DNA from: Bacillota bacterium
Lineage (GTDB): Bacteria; Bacillota; Ch66; Ch109
Direction of reading: 5' to 3'
Length of the DNA: 64,000 nucleotides
Assembly: GCA_050952625.1 (NCBI GenBank)
Contig: JBMNLH010000001.1
Coordinates: 928,001-992,000, forward strand
Shown: positions 41,648-51,199 of the stretch, one piece after another
Layout of the letters: each line of letters begins with the position of its first letter
Position numbering within the stretch: position 1 is the stretch's first letter
Translations under genes and position numbers: made by a program
Notes under the pieces: generated by a model
Database searches by the model: none
Seen by the model: only the letters and a program-made list of their open reading frames with translations
Told to the model about the DNA's origin: nothing

Positions 41648-41676
41648 GTTAAGCTTGCTAAGTTATCTATCAATTT
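41625..41676 (+). other. attL-like site (B-GA-P'), core GA at 41646-41647
   Basis: GATAAAGAAGGTAAT-GA-GTTAAGCTTGCTAAGTTATCTAT. Confidence 0.88.
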
Positions 41677-41755
41677 ACTGTGGTCAAAAAGTCCCAGGCC
41701 AGCGGGCACAGGAGCGTTTTTCATAGTAAGGCCAGTGCAATTTGTAAGTATTAAC

Positions 41756-42045
41756 TAATTATAGCTTAACTTATTAAATTTAACTGTTTTTAATTTATTG
41801 CTAATATATCCAATAATACCTTTCCCCTGATTTGTCACACGGAATGAAAAAAGTCTCAAGCCTCCAGGTGTTATACGGACGTGCCAAGAAAACAATAGTT
41901 TTTCTCCGTCGATTCCGGTAAACGTATGCTCGTCTTTAAAACGAATTATTGTTTCTGGGCTTTCTGGAGTAAACTTACTTGAAAATTGACTAGGGTCAAA
42001 TTTTCCAGGTTGCCATCTAGTAAATTATTTGTTTAACTCATCTAA
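41756..42045 (-). pseudogene. Fragment of a hypothetical cargo protein beyond attL
   Basis: LDELNK*FTRWQPGKF...TPESPET...TF...FSWHVRITPG...IGYI; internal stop, no start. Confidence 0.5.
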
Positions 42046-42051
42046 TTAAAA

Positions 42052-42080
42052 AGTTTAATGCAACACTAATAATCAGGCTA
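42052..42080. repeat. Repeat end plus right copy of 12-bp inverted repeat
   Basis: TTTAATGCAACACTA followed by ATAATCAGGCTA. Confidence 0.75.
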
Positions 42081-42162
42081 ACGAAAGATTCTTAAACTCA
42101 ACTGGAATCTATGGTTGACTTGAGGCAATGTTTGGATGATGTTATAATGATAAACGAATTGC

Positions 42163-42693
42163 ATGGAGGGTATCGTTTTGAAGAAGAAAATCATCCAGTT
42201 GCTGAGACCGAAGCTTTTTGTCAGATCAATAACGGATGTTACTCCGGACATCCTTGATTCTTTTCAGGTTAAAGGGATTATCATAGACCTGGATAATACC
42301 CTTACTCCATGGCAAAGCGAGTTTTTAGCCCCAGATAATATTCGTTGGCTCAATACTATTAAGAGCCACGGTTTTCAAGTCTGTCTAGTTAGTAATAATA
42401 AGGGCGAAAGAATAAAGAAGATTGCCAGCATCTTGGATATTCCTTTTGTGGCCAAGGCCTCTAAACCCCGGCGACGGGCTTTCTTAAAGGGAATGAAAGC
42501 CATTGGGACTAAGCCTCAAGAAACAGCAGTAATTGGCGATCAGGTTTTTACTGATGTTTTAGGCGGAAACAGACTTGGGCTATGCACGATACTCGTCGAC
42601 CCTTTAAGTTCATATGAATTTGTTGGGACCCGTTTAATGCGGATTCCCGAGCGAGCGGTGCTAAACCTAATTCGGAGGCCGAATAAGTTATGA
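42163..42693 (+). CDS. yqeG: YqeG family HAD IIIA phosphatase
   Basis: DLDNTL, VSNN, KP, IGDQVFTDVLGGNR. Confidence 0.93.
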   Translation: MEGIVLKKKIIQLLRPKLFVRSITDVTPDILDSFQVKGIIIDLDNTLTPWQSEFLAPDNIRWLNTIKSHGFQVCLVSNNKGERIKKIASILDIPFVAKASKPRRRAFLKGMKAIGTKPQETAVIGDQVFTDVLGGNRLGLCTILVDPLSSYEFVGTRLMRIPERAVLNLIRRPNKL

Positions 42694-43562
42694 GCAAAAG
42701 GAAAGAAATAACTGGTGTGACTGAAATATTTGGGGTGATGGGCTATCCGGTAGCCCATTCGCTATCTCCGGCCATACAAAATAAGGCATTTGATTATTAT
42801 GAATTAGATAAGATTTATTTGGCTTTTGCTGTACCCCCCAACTGCCTGACTCAAGCCTTGAATGGTTTAAGGGCTTTAGGCGTAATCGGGGTTAATGTCA
42901 CCTTGCCCTATAAAGAGGCTGTAGCCAGACAGGTCGATCTCCTTTCTCCAGAGGCCCAATTGATTGGGGCGGTAAATGTCTTGCGTTTTGACCAGGATCG
43001 TTTGGTTGGTCATAATACCGACGGTACCGGATTTCTGCAGTCACTTGAACAAGATGCTGGCTTTACGCCTGCCGGAAAAAAGGTTCTGGTTCTAGGGGCT
43101 GGCGGAGCAGCGAGAGCAGTTACTTTGACCCTGGCTCGATTTGGGGCGGCGCATATAAGCATAGCCAATCGAACTCGAAAACGGGCTACGGAACTGGCGA
43201 CAGAAGTTGAGGCAAGAACTGGCCTAAAAGCAGTGGGGCTAAGCTTAGAACCAAGTGAACTGAAACCCTGGGTTCCCGAGGCGGATTTGGTGATTCAAGC
43301 TACCTCGGTTGGTTTATACCCAAAGGGTGAATCGCCAAGTTGGTTTAATCCGGATTGGCTATCGCCAACTGCGTTAGTCTGCGATCTCATTTATCGGCCT
43401 CGACCCTCTGAGTTTTTAAAGAGGGCTGCTTTAAGAGGATGTCGTACCTTAGACGGGTTAGGCATGCTCTTATATCAAGGGGCGCAATCTTTCACCTGGT
43501 GGACGGGTTTGGAAGCACCGGTCGACGTAATGCGGCAGTCATTGTTAAAACAGCTTGGCTGA
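42690..43562 (+). CDS. aroE: Shikimate dehydrogenase
   Basis: HSLSP, NVTLPYK, NTDG.G, GAGGAARA, GLGMLLYQG. Confidence 0.96.
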   Translation: MSKRKEITGVTEIFGVMGYPVAHSLSPAIQNKAFDYYELDKIYLAFAVPPNCLTQALNGLRALGVIGVNVTLPYKEAVARQVDLLSPEAQLIGAVNVLRFDQDRLVGHNTDGTGFLQSLEQDAGFTPAGKKVLVLGAGGAARAVTLTLARFGAAHISIANRTRKRATELATEVEARTGLKAVGLSLEPSELKPWVPEADLVIQATSVGLYPKGESPSWFNPDWLSPTALVCDLIYRPRPSEFLKRAALRGCRTLDGLGMLLYQGAQSFTWWTGLEAPVDVMRQSLLKQLG

Positions 43563-43863
43563 AGGAAAGTAGAATCAAATAGGAATATTACCATGTTTTC
43601 CTGCGTCCAAAAATAGGCACTCCAGAAAAGTGGTTTCTGTGTTTTTGGATTGCAGTAAGAATAAGCAAATAACACATTCGTTATCGTTTGTGTTGTTTTC
43701 ATAAAGTGGTTGTGCTCAGATAGGTATGAGTGGTTTATCTGAATCCGGAAAGCTTAATACAGATAGTGTTAAATTAGGCAGCAAATGCATGAAAATAAAC
43801 TAATTGGCTATTGTTAACAGGCGATTGGTCAATTTATCTTGGGAAAGAAGAGGTGGGGCCTAG

Positions 43864-44337
43864 ATTGCTAATCAAGGTTCAATTAAACATGTAGCTGGGT
43901 TTACCCTGGTTGAGCTATTAGCAGTATTGGTGGTTCTTGGAATGGTTTCTCTAATGGCTTGGCCGGTGTTTAATCGGACATTGGCTAACCACCAACTCAG
44001 GCAAACTGCTGAGCAAATGGCTTGGGAATTACGAGCGCAGCAGCAAGAAGCCATTGCTTTTGGTTCCTCACGCCAAATTGAGTTTTCCCTTTACGGTAAT
44101 TACTATAATGTGTTAAAACCAGAACTTCGGCGAGTTTACCTGCCCGAAAAAATCCGTTTTCATTATATAACCATCCCTAAAACGGGAGGGAACCGCTATT
44201 TGTTAGATTTTGACATTCTCGGTCGACCTAATCTTGGGGGGACGATTGCTTTGAAAAACGAATTTGGTTCGGAGCAATATGTAATCATCACACCGGTAAT
44301 CGGTCGAATCAGAATCTCCGATAAACCGCCGGAGTGA
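43864..44337 (+). CDS. Prepilin-type (ComGD/FimT-like) minor pilin, probable ATT start
   Basis: GFTLVELLAVLVVL cleavage motif lies upstream of the ORF-track start; in-frame TAG immediately precedes ATT at 43864; RBS AGAGGTGG. Confidence 0.8.
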   Translation: MANQGSIKHVAGFTLVELLAVLVVLGMVSLMAWPVFNRTLANHQLRQTAEQMAWELRAQQQEAIAFGSSRQIEFSLYGNYYNVLKPELRRVYLPEKIRFHYITIPKTGGNRYLLDFDILGRPNLGGTIALKNEFGSEQYVIITPVIGRIRISDKPPE

Positions 44338-44541
44338 GGTCCACTCTAATAGTAACTATCCTCGTGTTTGAACTCGTCAGCAGGCAGATTGGGAACGAAA
44401 ATAAATGATGCAAATCGTCAATCACGGACCTTCGTTATTACACGGCGCAGTCAGGGGTTTTCCTGTTCGGATGGTGTTGCCAAGTAATATGGGGGTCTAC
44501 TTAAATAATTTGACATAAAACTTTTATGGTGGTGTGACGTA

Positions 44542-45774
44542 ATGAGTACTTTACGATATCTAACAGCCGGAGAATCCCATGGACCGGCCTTGACTGCTAT
44601 CCTGGAAGGCGTACCCGCGGGTCTATTTTTGTTAACCGAGGCAATTAACCGTGATTTGATCCGACGTCAGGGAGGTTATGGCCGAGGAGGACGAATGAAG
44701 ATCGAGCGTGATCGAGTTACCCTGCTTTCAGGGGTCCGGGGAGGAGTGACCCTGGGGAGCCCGATTAGCCTGCTTATTCAAAACCGTGATTGGGAAAACT
44801 GGTCAACCATAATGGGGCCAGGACCAGAAGCAAATACTAATGAACGGAAAGTAACCCGACCACGGCCTGGTCATGCAGATTTGGGAGGGGCGTTAAAATA
44901 TCGCCATCAAGATCTGCGAAATGTTCTGGAACGAGCCAGTGCGCGAGAAACCGCGGCCCGGGTGGCCGTAGGATCAATCGCCCGAACCATCCTGGAGCAG
45001 CTAGGAGTTACAGTTATGGCGTGGGTTGAACAAATCGGTCCGGTCCGGTCAACTGAAGCCTCCCGGGAGGTTTTTGAGCAATGGCTTACCGAAGGGTCCA
45101 ACTTCTCTGGTCCAACGGACCAATCATTTCTCCAAAGTTGGCGGCAGAGAATCGAGAAATCACCAGTTTACTGCCCGGATGTGGAAGCTTCCCGGAAAAT
45201 GGTCGAAGCGATTGATTCTGCCCGAGAAGAGGGAGACACACTCGGGGGAATTTTTGTGATCACTGCCTGGGGTTTACCTTCTGGGCTGGGCAGTTATGTC
45301 CATTGGGATCGTCGGTTAGATGGCCGTTTAGCCGGTGCCGTGATGAGTATTCCCGGCATTAAGGGAGTGGAGATCGGGCAAGGGTTTGAAGTGGCTCAAG
45401 AACGAGGCTCAAAAGCTCACGATGAGATATTTTATTCTTCCCAAGCCGGCATTTACCGGGAGACTAATCGAGCTGGCGGGTTGGAGGGAGGCGTCACTAA
45501 CGGACAGCCGCTGGTAGTCAGAGCAGCGATGAAACCAATTCCGACCCTGATTAATCCATTGCGCAGCGTGGACCTCGAAACGCGAGAGGCGGTCTTCGCA
45601 GCAGTGGAACGGTCGGATGTTTGTGCTGTGCCGGCCGTGAGCGTTGTTGGTGAGGCTGCAGTCGCTTTTGTTTTAGCCCAAGCGGTGTTGGAAAGATTTT
45701 CAGGAGATACGATGGAGGAGCTCCAAAAGGACTGGGCAGATTACTTTGATTACCTCCGGAAAGTGAGGCAATAG
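44542..45774 (+). CDS. aroC: Chorismate synthase
   Basis: [33 protein letters not shown]. Confidence 0.97.
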   Translation: MSTLRYLTAGESHGPALTAILEGVPAGLFLLTEAINRDLIRRQGGYGRGGRMKIERDRVTLLSGVRGGVTLGSPISLLIQNRDWENWSTIMGPGPEANTNERKVTRPRPGHADLGGALKYRHQDLRNVLERASARETAARVAVGSIARTILEQLGVTVMAWVEQIGPVRSTEASREVFEQWLTEGSNFSGPTDQSFLQSWRQRIEKSPVYCPDVEASRKMVEAIDSAREEGDTLGGIFVITAWGLPSGLGSYVHWDRRLDGRLAGAVMSIPGIKGVEIGQGFEVAQERGSKAHDEIFYSSQAGIYRETNRAGGLEGGVTNGQPLVVRAAMKPIPTLINPLRSVDLETREAVFAAVERSDVCAVPAVSVVGEAAVAFVLAQAVLERFSGDTMEELQKDWADYFDYLRKVRQ

Positions 45775-45777
45775 TTA

Positions 45778-46368
45778 TTGAAGACCAATATAACCTTGAT
45801 CGGCTTTATGGGAACCGGCAAAACAGCGGTGGGGCGAAGTCTGGCCTCTCTAGTAGAAAAAGACTTTGTGGATACTGATGCCGAAATAGAGAAAGTGGTT
45901 GGCCTAAAAGTTGAAGAGATTTTTTCCCGCTTCGGCGAGGTGCGTTTTCGTTCCGAAGAGTCACTGATAATCAAGAAGGTAGCTGCACGGCAAAACTGTG
46001 TCATCTCGACTGGCGGGGGAGCAGTTTTAAACAAAGTCAATTGGGAGGCCTTGAGGGCCTCTTCTTATATCGTGTGTCTGGTTGCTTCCCCGGAAGTAAT
46101 TCAATCTAGAGTAGCCCGTCGAGTTCGTCCCTTGCTCCGCAAGGATCGTTCACTAGACCGAATACAAGAACTGTTAAAAGAAAGGGAACCCTTTTACCAG
46201 GGAGCAGATTTGTACATCGATACCTCTGAGGTCAGTTGCCAGGAAGTGGCGCAACAAATCTATGACTGGTGGAACAAACAGGAAAAAATGCAAGGGAGCT
46301 CGGTAAAGACATCCAGTAAGAACATAGATGATAAGATTATTATGGAAAAGGCGCGAAACGAACTCTAG
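45778..46368 (+). CDS. aroK: Shikimate kinase
   Basis: GFMGTGKT, DTD, GE..FR, STGGG, RPLL. Confidence 0.95.
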   Translation: MKTNITLIGFMGTGKTAVGRSLASLVEKDFVDTDAEIEKVVGLKVEEIFSRFGEVRFRSEESLIIKKVAARQNCVISTGGGAVLNKVNWEALRASSYIVCLVASPEVIQSRVARRVRPLLRKDRSLDRIQELLKEREPFYQGADLYIDTSEVSCQEVAQQIYDWWNKQEKMQGSSVKTSSKNIDDKIIMEKARNEL

Positions 46369-46394
46369 AAGATTGTAGTAAGGACGGGATTTAG

Positions 46395-47498
46395 TTGAAC
46401 ACTGTTAAGCACTCTTTAATGGTTAACTTGGGTGCAAACTCTTACCCTATTTATATCCAGGCCGGAGTATTGGAACACCTAGGCTTATTGGTGCAACAGG
46501 CGGGACTGGGGCCCAATGTTTTATTGGTCACTAATCCGACCGTGGGGGGTTATTATTTAGTCCCAGCGCAGAGAAGTTTGGAAGCGGCTGGACTTAGGGT
46601 CAGCGTGGCGACGGTGCCGGATGGGGAGGAGTATAAAAGCTTGGAATGGGCTAGTCGCCTGTATGATGCAGCTTTGGAGGCGAGGCTTGACCGACGGTCG
46701 CCAGTGGTTGCCTTGGGCGGCGGGGTAATCGGCGATTTGGCCGGCTTTGTTGCGGCTACCTATCTTAGAGGCGTTCCCTTGATTCAGATCCCGACCACTC
46801 TTTTGGCCCAAGTGGACAGCAGTGTCGGAGGAAAGGTGGCGGTGAACCACCCCCGAGGCAAAAACCTGATCGGTGCTTTTCACCAGCCGGCTCTGGTTTT
46901 AATTGATCCGGTTCTGCTCAGGACATTATCCCAAAGAGAATATATTGCTGGCATGGCGGAAGTGATCAAGTACGGCGTAATCTGGGATGGGGATTTCTTT
47001 GCTTATCTAGAAGAGGAAATAGCTAGGGCACTTCAATTGGATACCGAAGTCACCACGAGGGTGATCACGCGCTGTTGTTCGATCAAGGCTAAGATTGTCG
47101 AGCAGGATGAGCGGGAATATGGGGTCCGGACCCTGTTAAATCTGGGTCACACCGTGGGGCATGCCATAGAGGCAATAACCGGCTATCAAGCGTACCGACA
47201 TGGGGAAGCAGTCGCCATCGGCATGGTGGCAGCCGGTTTGCTGGCGGTTGAGCTTGGCTGGTGGGAAAAGTCAGACTGTGAGCGGTTAAATCAACTATTG
47301 ACCCGAACCGGCCTACCAATGACAATTCCAGGGGTTGACCCCAATCGACTTTTGGAACTGATGCAGCACGATAAGAAAGTGCTGGATGGAACCCTGAGAT
47401 GGGTGTTGCCCCGGAAGTTGGGCGAGGCAGGGGTGGTTAGTCAACTATCCGATGATCTGGTGTTAAGGTCTTTAAGGAGGATAATTTTAGATCGCTAG
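46395..47498 (+). CDS. aroB: 3-dehydroquinate synthase
   Basis: GGGVIGDLAGF, PTTLLAQVDSSVGGK, LNLGHT, HGEAV. Confidence 0.97.
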   Translation: MNTVKHSLMVNLGANSYPIYIQAGVLEHLGLLVQQAGLGPNVLLVTNPTVGGYYLVPAQRSLEAAGLRVSVATVPDGEEYKSLEWASRLYDAALEARLDRRSPVVALGGGVIGDLAGFVAATYLRGVPLIQIPTTLLAQVDSSVGGKVAVNHPRGKNLIGAFHQPALVLIDPVLLRTLSQREYIAGMAEVIKYGVIWDGDFFAYLEEEIARALQLDTEVTTRVITRCCSIKAKIVEQDEREYGVRTLLNLGHTVGHAIEAITGYQAYRHGEAVAIGMVAAGLLAVELGWWEKSDCERLNQLLTRTGLPMTIPGVDPNRLLELMQHDKKVLDGTLRWVLPRKLGEAGVVSQLSDDLVLRSLRRIILDR

Positions 47499-47559
47499 AT
47501 TGAAGTGCTTGAGAATTATAATAACTAGAGAAGATATTGGTAATAAATAAGGCGTCAGA

Positions 47560-47590
47560 GAAGGAATTGATTGGGGAATATAGAATATAT
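47560..47590 (+). promoter_or_regulatory. SigmaH-type promoter of the pilus operon
   Basis: GAAGGAATT-N14-GAATAT. Confidence 0.55.
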
Positions 47591-47681
47591 AATACATTTA
47601 AGTCGAATATAGGTTATTACTATTTTGAGGTTTTGATAATAAACGAGATTAATCAATTCTTGTGTTGGTTTGGAGTGAGAA

Positions 47682-49373
47682 ATGTATCCTCAAAGGCACT
47701 TGCTTGGTGAAGTGATTAGAGATTTGGGCTTTATTAATCAGTTTCAGCTTGAAGAGGCCCTTCAGGAACAAAAGAATAGCGGCAAGCGATTAGGAGAAGT
47801 TCTGTTAGAAAAAGGTTATCTCACCGAAGAGGCTTTACTCAGCTGTTTGGAGCAGCATTTAGGAATCTCCAGAATAGGTTTAAGCCAGATAAATTTGAAT
47901 GGCGATCAACTTGAATTAATTCCACTTTCTATAATCCAAAGGCATCAAGTTGTGCCAGTTAAAATAAAAGACAATCAGCTTATCTTGGCGATGGTTGATC
48001 CACTAAATGTTTTAGCGATTGAGGATGTTCGGATGGCTTCTGGTTATGAAGTTATCCCAGTTTTAATCAGCCCACGGGAGATTAAATTAATAATTAATCG
48101 TTTAGTCAGTTTAAGAGCGCGGGTTGATCTGGAAAAAGCCGCCCAAAGCCTTAAAGAGGACACGGAATCTTACTTAGCGGCCAACCAGTCCGAACTACGA
48201 ACTCAGGAACCGGCAATTGAACCACTAGTAGTTAAAATAGTTAATGGAGTTATTAACCAAGGAGTGGTAAGCCGAGCGAGTGATATTCATATTGAACCAC
48301 AGGAGAAGGAACTGCGAATCCGCTACCGCATTGACGGTGTTTTGCATGAAGCTATGTCCTTGCCCCTGAAGAGCCACGGATCAATCGTATCTCGAGTAAA
48401 GATAATGGCTAATCTGGATATTGCGGAAAGACGCTTGCCGCAAGATGGAAGGATTCATCTATCTGGTGAAACCAACCCCTTGGATTTGCGAATTTCTACG
48501 CTGCCAACAGTTTTTGGCGAGAAGGTGATGCTTAGGATTCTGGATCGCCGGGAAACAGTTCCCACAATTGATAAGCTGGATCTACGCGGTTCAAATCTAA
48601 TTAATTTTAAAGATATCATTTCTCGATCCGCTGGTTTGATTTTAGTTTGCGGTCCGACTGGAAGCGGTAAGACAACAACACTGTATTCCCTTCTTACCTT
48701 TCTCAACAGCGTGACGCGGAATATGATCACTCTGGAAGACCCGGTTGAGTGTATTATCCCCGGGATTAATCAAGTTCAGATTAATTCGCGAAGCTGTTTT
48801 GGTTTTGCCTCTGGGTTGCGTTCCGTTTTACGTCAAGATCCGGACGTAATTATGGTCGGTGAAATCAGGGATCGAGAAACGGCTGAGCTAGCAGTTCGGG
48901 CAGCAATTACCGGACATTTGGTGCTAAGTACTATTCATACCCGTCGGGCAGCCGGGGCGGTGACTCGTTTAATCGATATGGGTATTGAACCATATCTATT
49001 AATGTCTTCTTTAGTAGGAGTTATCGCCCAGAGATTGGTTAGAAGGGTTTGTCTTGAGTGTGGGACCCCAATTCCAGTTACTGTCGAGTCAGCCCGCCAG
49101 TTGGGCATCAACCCTGAAAATGCCCAATTAAGGCAAGGTCAGGGGTGCTCTTGGTGTGGTGATACCGGCTACTGGGGTCGGATGGCGATCCATGAGGTTA
49201 TGGTGATAACCCCTGAAATTCAAGAATTGATCAGGCAGCAAGTGCCCGAAGGGATATTGGAAAAGACTGCGGTTGCTCAAGGAATGATAACCCTCAGGCA
49301 GGATGGTCTGGACAAGGCTTTACTGGGCGAAACCGCTATTGAAGAGGTTTTGAATGCTGTTGATCAGTATTAG
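47682..49373 (+). CDS. pilB: Type IV pilus assembly ATPase PilB
   Basis: N-terminal LGE repeats (MshEN-like), ASDIHIEP, GPTGSGKTT, RQDPD, TGHLV, CxxC pairs. Confidence 0.93.
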   Translation: MYPQRHLLGEVIRDLGFINQFQLEEALQEQKNSGKRLGEVLLEKGYLTEEALLSCLEQHLGISRIGLSQINLNGDQLELIPLSIIQRHQVVPVKIKDNQLILAMVDPLNVLAIEDVRMASGYEVIPVLISPREIKLIINRLVSLRARVDLEKAAQSLKEDTESYLAANQSELRTQEPAIEPLVVKIVNGVINQGVVSRASDIHIEPQEKELRIRYRIDGVLHEAMSLPLKSHGSIVSRVKIMANLDIAERRLPQDGRIHLSGETNPLDLRISTLPTVFGEKVMLRILDRRETVPTIDKLDLRGSNLINFKDIISRSAGLILVCGPTGSGKTTTLYSLLTFLNSVTRNMITLEDPVECIIPGINQVQINSRSCFGFASGLRSVLRQDPDVIMVGEIRDRETAELAVRAAITGHLVLSTIHTRRAAGAVTRLIDMGIEPYLLMSSLVGVIAQRLVRRVCLECGTPIPVTVESARQLGINPENAQLRQGQGCSWCGDTGYWGRMAIHEVMVITPEIQELIRQQVPEGILEKTAVAQGMITLRQDGLDKALLGETAIEEVLNAVDQY

Positions 49374-49427
49374 GATGGTGCGGTCATTAACACGCAATCC
49401 TTATGGTGAGAGGGAGTACTCGTATCC

Positions 49428-50645
49428 ATGGCAATTTATGGATATGAAGCCCGGGATGCAAAAGGGAATAAGTTGAAGGGGACCCTGGAAGCCGAAACCC
49501 AAGAAGCTTTAGTCGAACAACTGTTTAAGCAGGGTTTTTTTGTTATTCGGGTGACCACTCAGAATTCTGCCTATGGGGAATCTTGCCTGAAGTCGATTGC
49601 GCGAAAACCGGTTAGGCTATGGGATTTGGCGATCTTTACCCGTCAGTTTTCAATTATGTTCAAGGCCGGAATTCCGTTAGACCAGATACTAAGGACCCTT
49701 CAGCACCAAACCTCTAATCGGGCTTTAAGCGAAGTAGTATTCAAGGTGCATCAGGAGGTAAACCGGGGAGAGCCGTTATTCGCAGCATTAGCCAGGCATC
49801 CGGGGGTTTTTAATAGCCTTTATGTGGCTATGGTCAAGGCTGGGGAAATGGGGGGCATTCTAGATGTAATACTCGATAAACTAGCTCTGATCATCCAGAA
49901 GGAATTAGATTTAAAGGGACGGGTTAGAGCCGCAGTTTTTTATCCGGGATTATTAATCGTATTTGCCCTGATCGTAGTTGCTTTTTTTGTCTTAGGAGTC
50001 GTGCCGAGTTTAGTAAGTGCTTCGATACAACTAGGAGCCGAACTCCCCGCGTCAACTCAGTTTTTAATCATTTTTCACCAAACAGTTCGCGATTGTTTCT
50101 GGTTAATCGTAGTGGGATTTATTAGTATCATCGCGTTCCTAAAATGGTTTTATCATACTCAGAGGGGAAGAGTACTGACAGATCAGTTGTTGCTTAACCT
50201 ACCGATAATGGGAAAGCTTATTTTGAGGGTTGAGACTGCCCGTTTTGCTAGTACCTTATCTGCCCTCGTATCTAGCGGAATTCCATTAGTTCAAGCGATG
50301 GAAATTGTTGAGGGTATTATGACTAATCGGGTAATCGGTAGAGCCATAGCCCAGGTTCGACAGCGAATAACCGAGGGAGACAGTATGGCGATTCCGCTTG
50401 CCAGTGTCGGAGTATTTGAGCCTATGGTAATTCAGCTGGTTTCAGCGGGTGAAGAAAGCGGGGAACTGGAGAAAATGCTCGCTCATGTTGCTGATTATTG
50501 CCAAATGGAGGTAGAGAATGTTGTCGCGATCGTAACTCCTCTGATTGAACCGGTTTTGATAATACTCATTACCATATTAGTTGGCTTTATCGTCTTATGT
50601 ACGGTAATGCCTATGTTTGAAGTCATGAACACGATTGCTTTATAA
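49428..50645 (+). CDS. pilC: Type IV pilus platform protein PilC (T2SS F family)
   Basis: AGEMGG, FYP, AGEESG, IEP; TM segments. Confidence 0.93.
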   Translation: MAIYGYEARDAKGNKLKGTLEAETQEALVEQLFKQGFFVIRVTTQNSAYGESCLKSIARKPVRLWDLAIFTRQFSIMFKAGIPLDQILRTLQHQTSNRALSEVVFKVHQEVNRGEPLFAALARHPGVFNSLYVAMVKAGEMGGILDVILDKLALIIQKELDLKGRVRAAVFYPGLLIVFALIVVAFFVLGVVPSLVSASIQLGAELPASTQFLIIFHQTVRDCFWLIVVGFISIIAFLKWFYHTQRGRVLTDQLLLNLPIMGKLILRVETARFASTLSALVSSGIPLVQAMEIVEGIMTNRVIGRAIAQVRQRITEGDSMAIPLASVGVFEPMVIQLVSAGEESGELEKMLAHVADYCQMEVENVVAIVTPLIEPVLIILITILVGFIVLCTVMPMFEVMNTIAL

Positions 50646-50711
50646 ATAGTCTGAGTTTGTGTAGTTTAGTATTCACTATTAACAATCGGGAGTCTATTTG
50701 TAAAGTGAGGA

Positions 50712-51191
50712 GTGATGATGATCAACAGGAGAACTCTCTTTAATCATCTGGCTAGATCAAGATTTTCATCTAGAAAAATGAAGACGTATGGTGCGGTTAT
50801 CGGCATATTACCTCAAAGCTTACGCGGAAACAAAGGTTTTACGATTGTCGAGCTATTGGCAGTTCTGGTTATCTTAGGTGTTATAGCTGGGATTGCGGTC
50901 CCCAAGGTTAGTCAAACTATCCAAAATTCTAAGGTTAAAGCCTGTGAGGCCAATCTGGACCTGATTACCCAGGCCATAGAACGTTATGGAATGGACCATA
51001 TTGATGCGACGACCGGTCAACCGGATTATCGCGGAATCGGTGAAGATGATTGGGATGAACTGATACCGGATTATTTTGATGTAAAGAATAAATCAGCAGG
51101 CAAACCAACTTGCCCGGTAGATGGAGAGGTCTATTCACTTTCCGCCGGAGGATTAAATACCATGCCGGAAGTAAAGTGTAATGGCCATTAA
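50712..51191 (+). CDS. Type IV pilin (probable major pilin)
   Basis: KGFTIVELLAVLVIL. Confidence 0.88.
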   Translation: MMMINRRTLFNHLARSRFSSRKMKTYGAVIGILPQSLRGNKGFTIVELLAVLVILGVIAGIAVPKVSQTIQNSKVKACEANLDLITQAIERYGMDHIDATTGQPDYRGIGEDDWDELIPDYFDVKNKSAGKPTCPVDGEVYSLSAGGLNTMPEVKCNGH

Positions 51192-51199
51192 TAACAAGT

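Noticed and set aside
41217-41726. Calling this a simple truncated sigK pseudogene
   Set aside because: The intact 3' half and matching att arms are present at 36909-37231.
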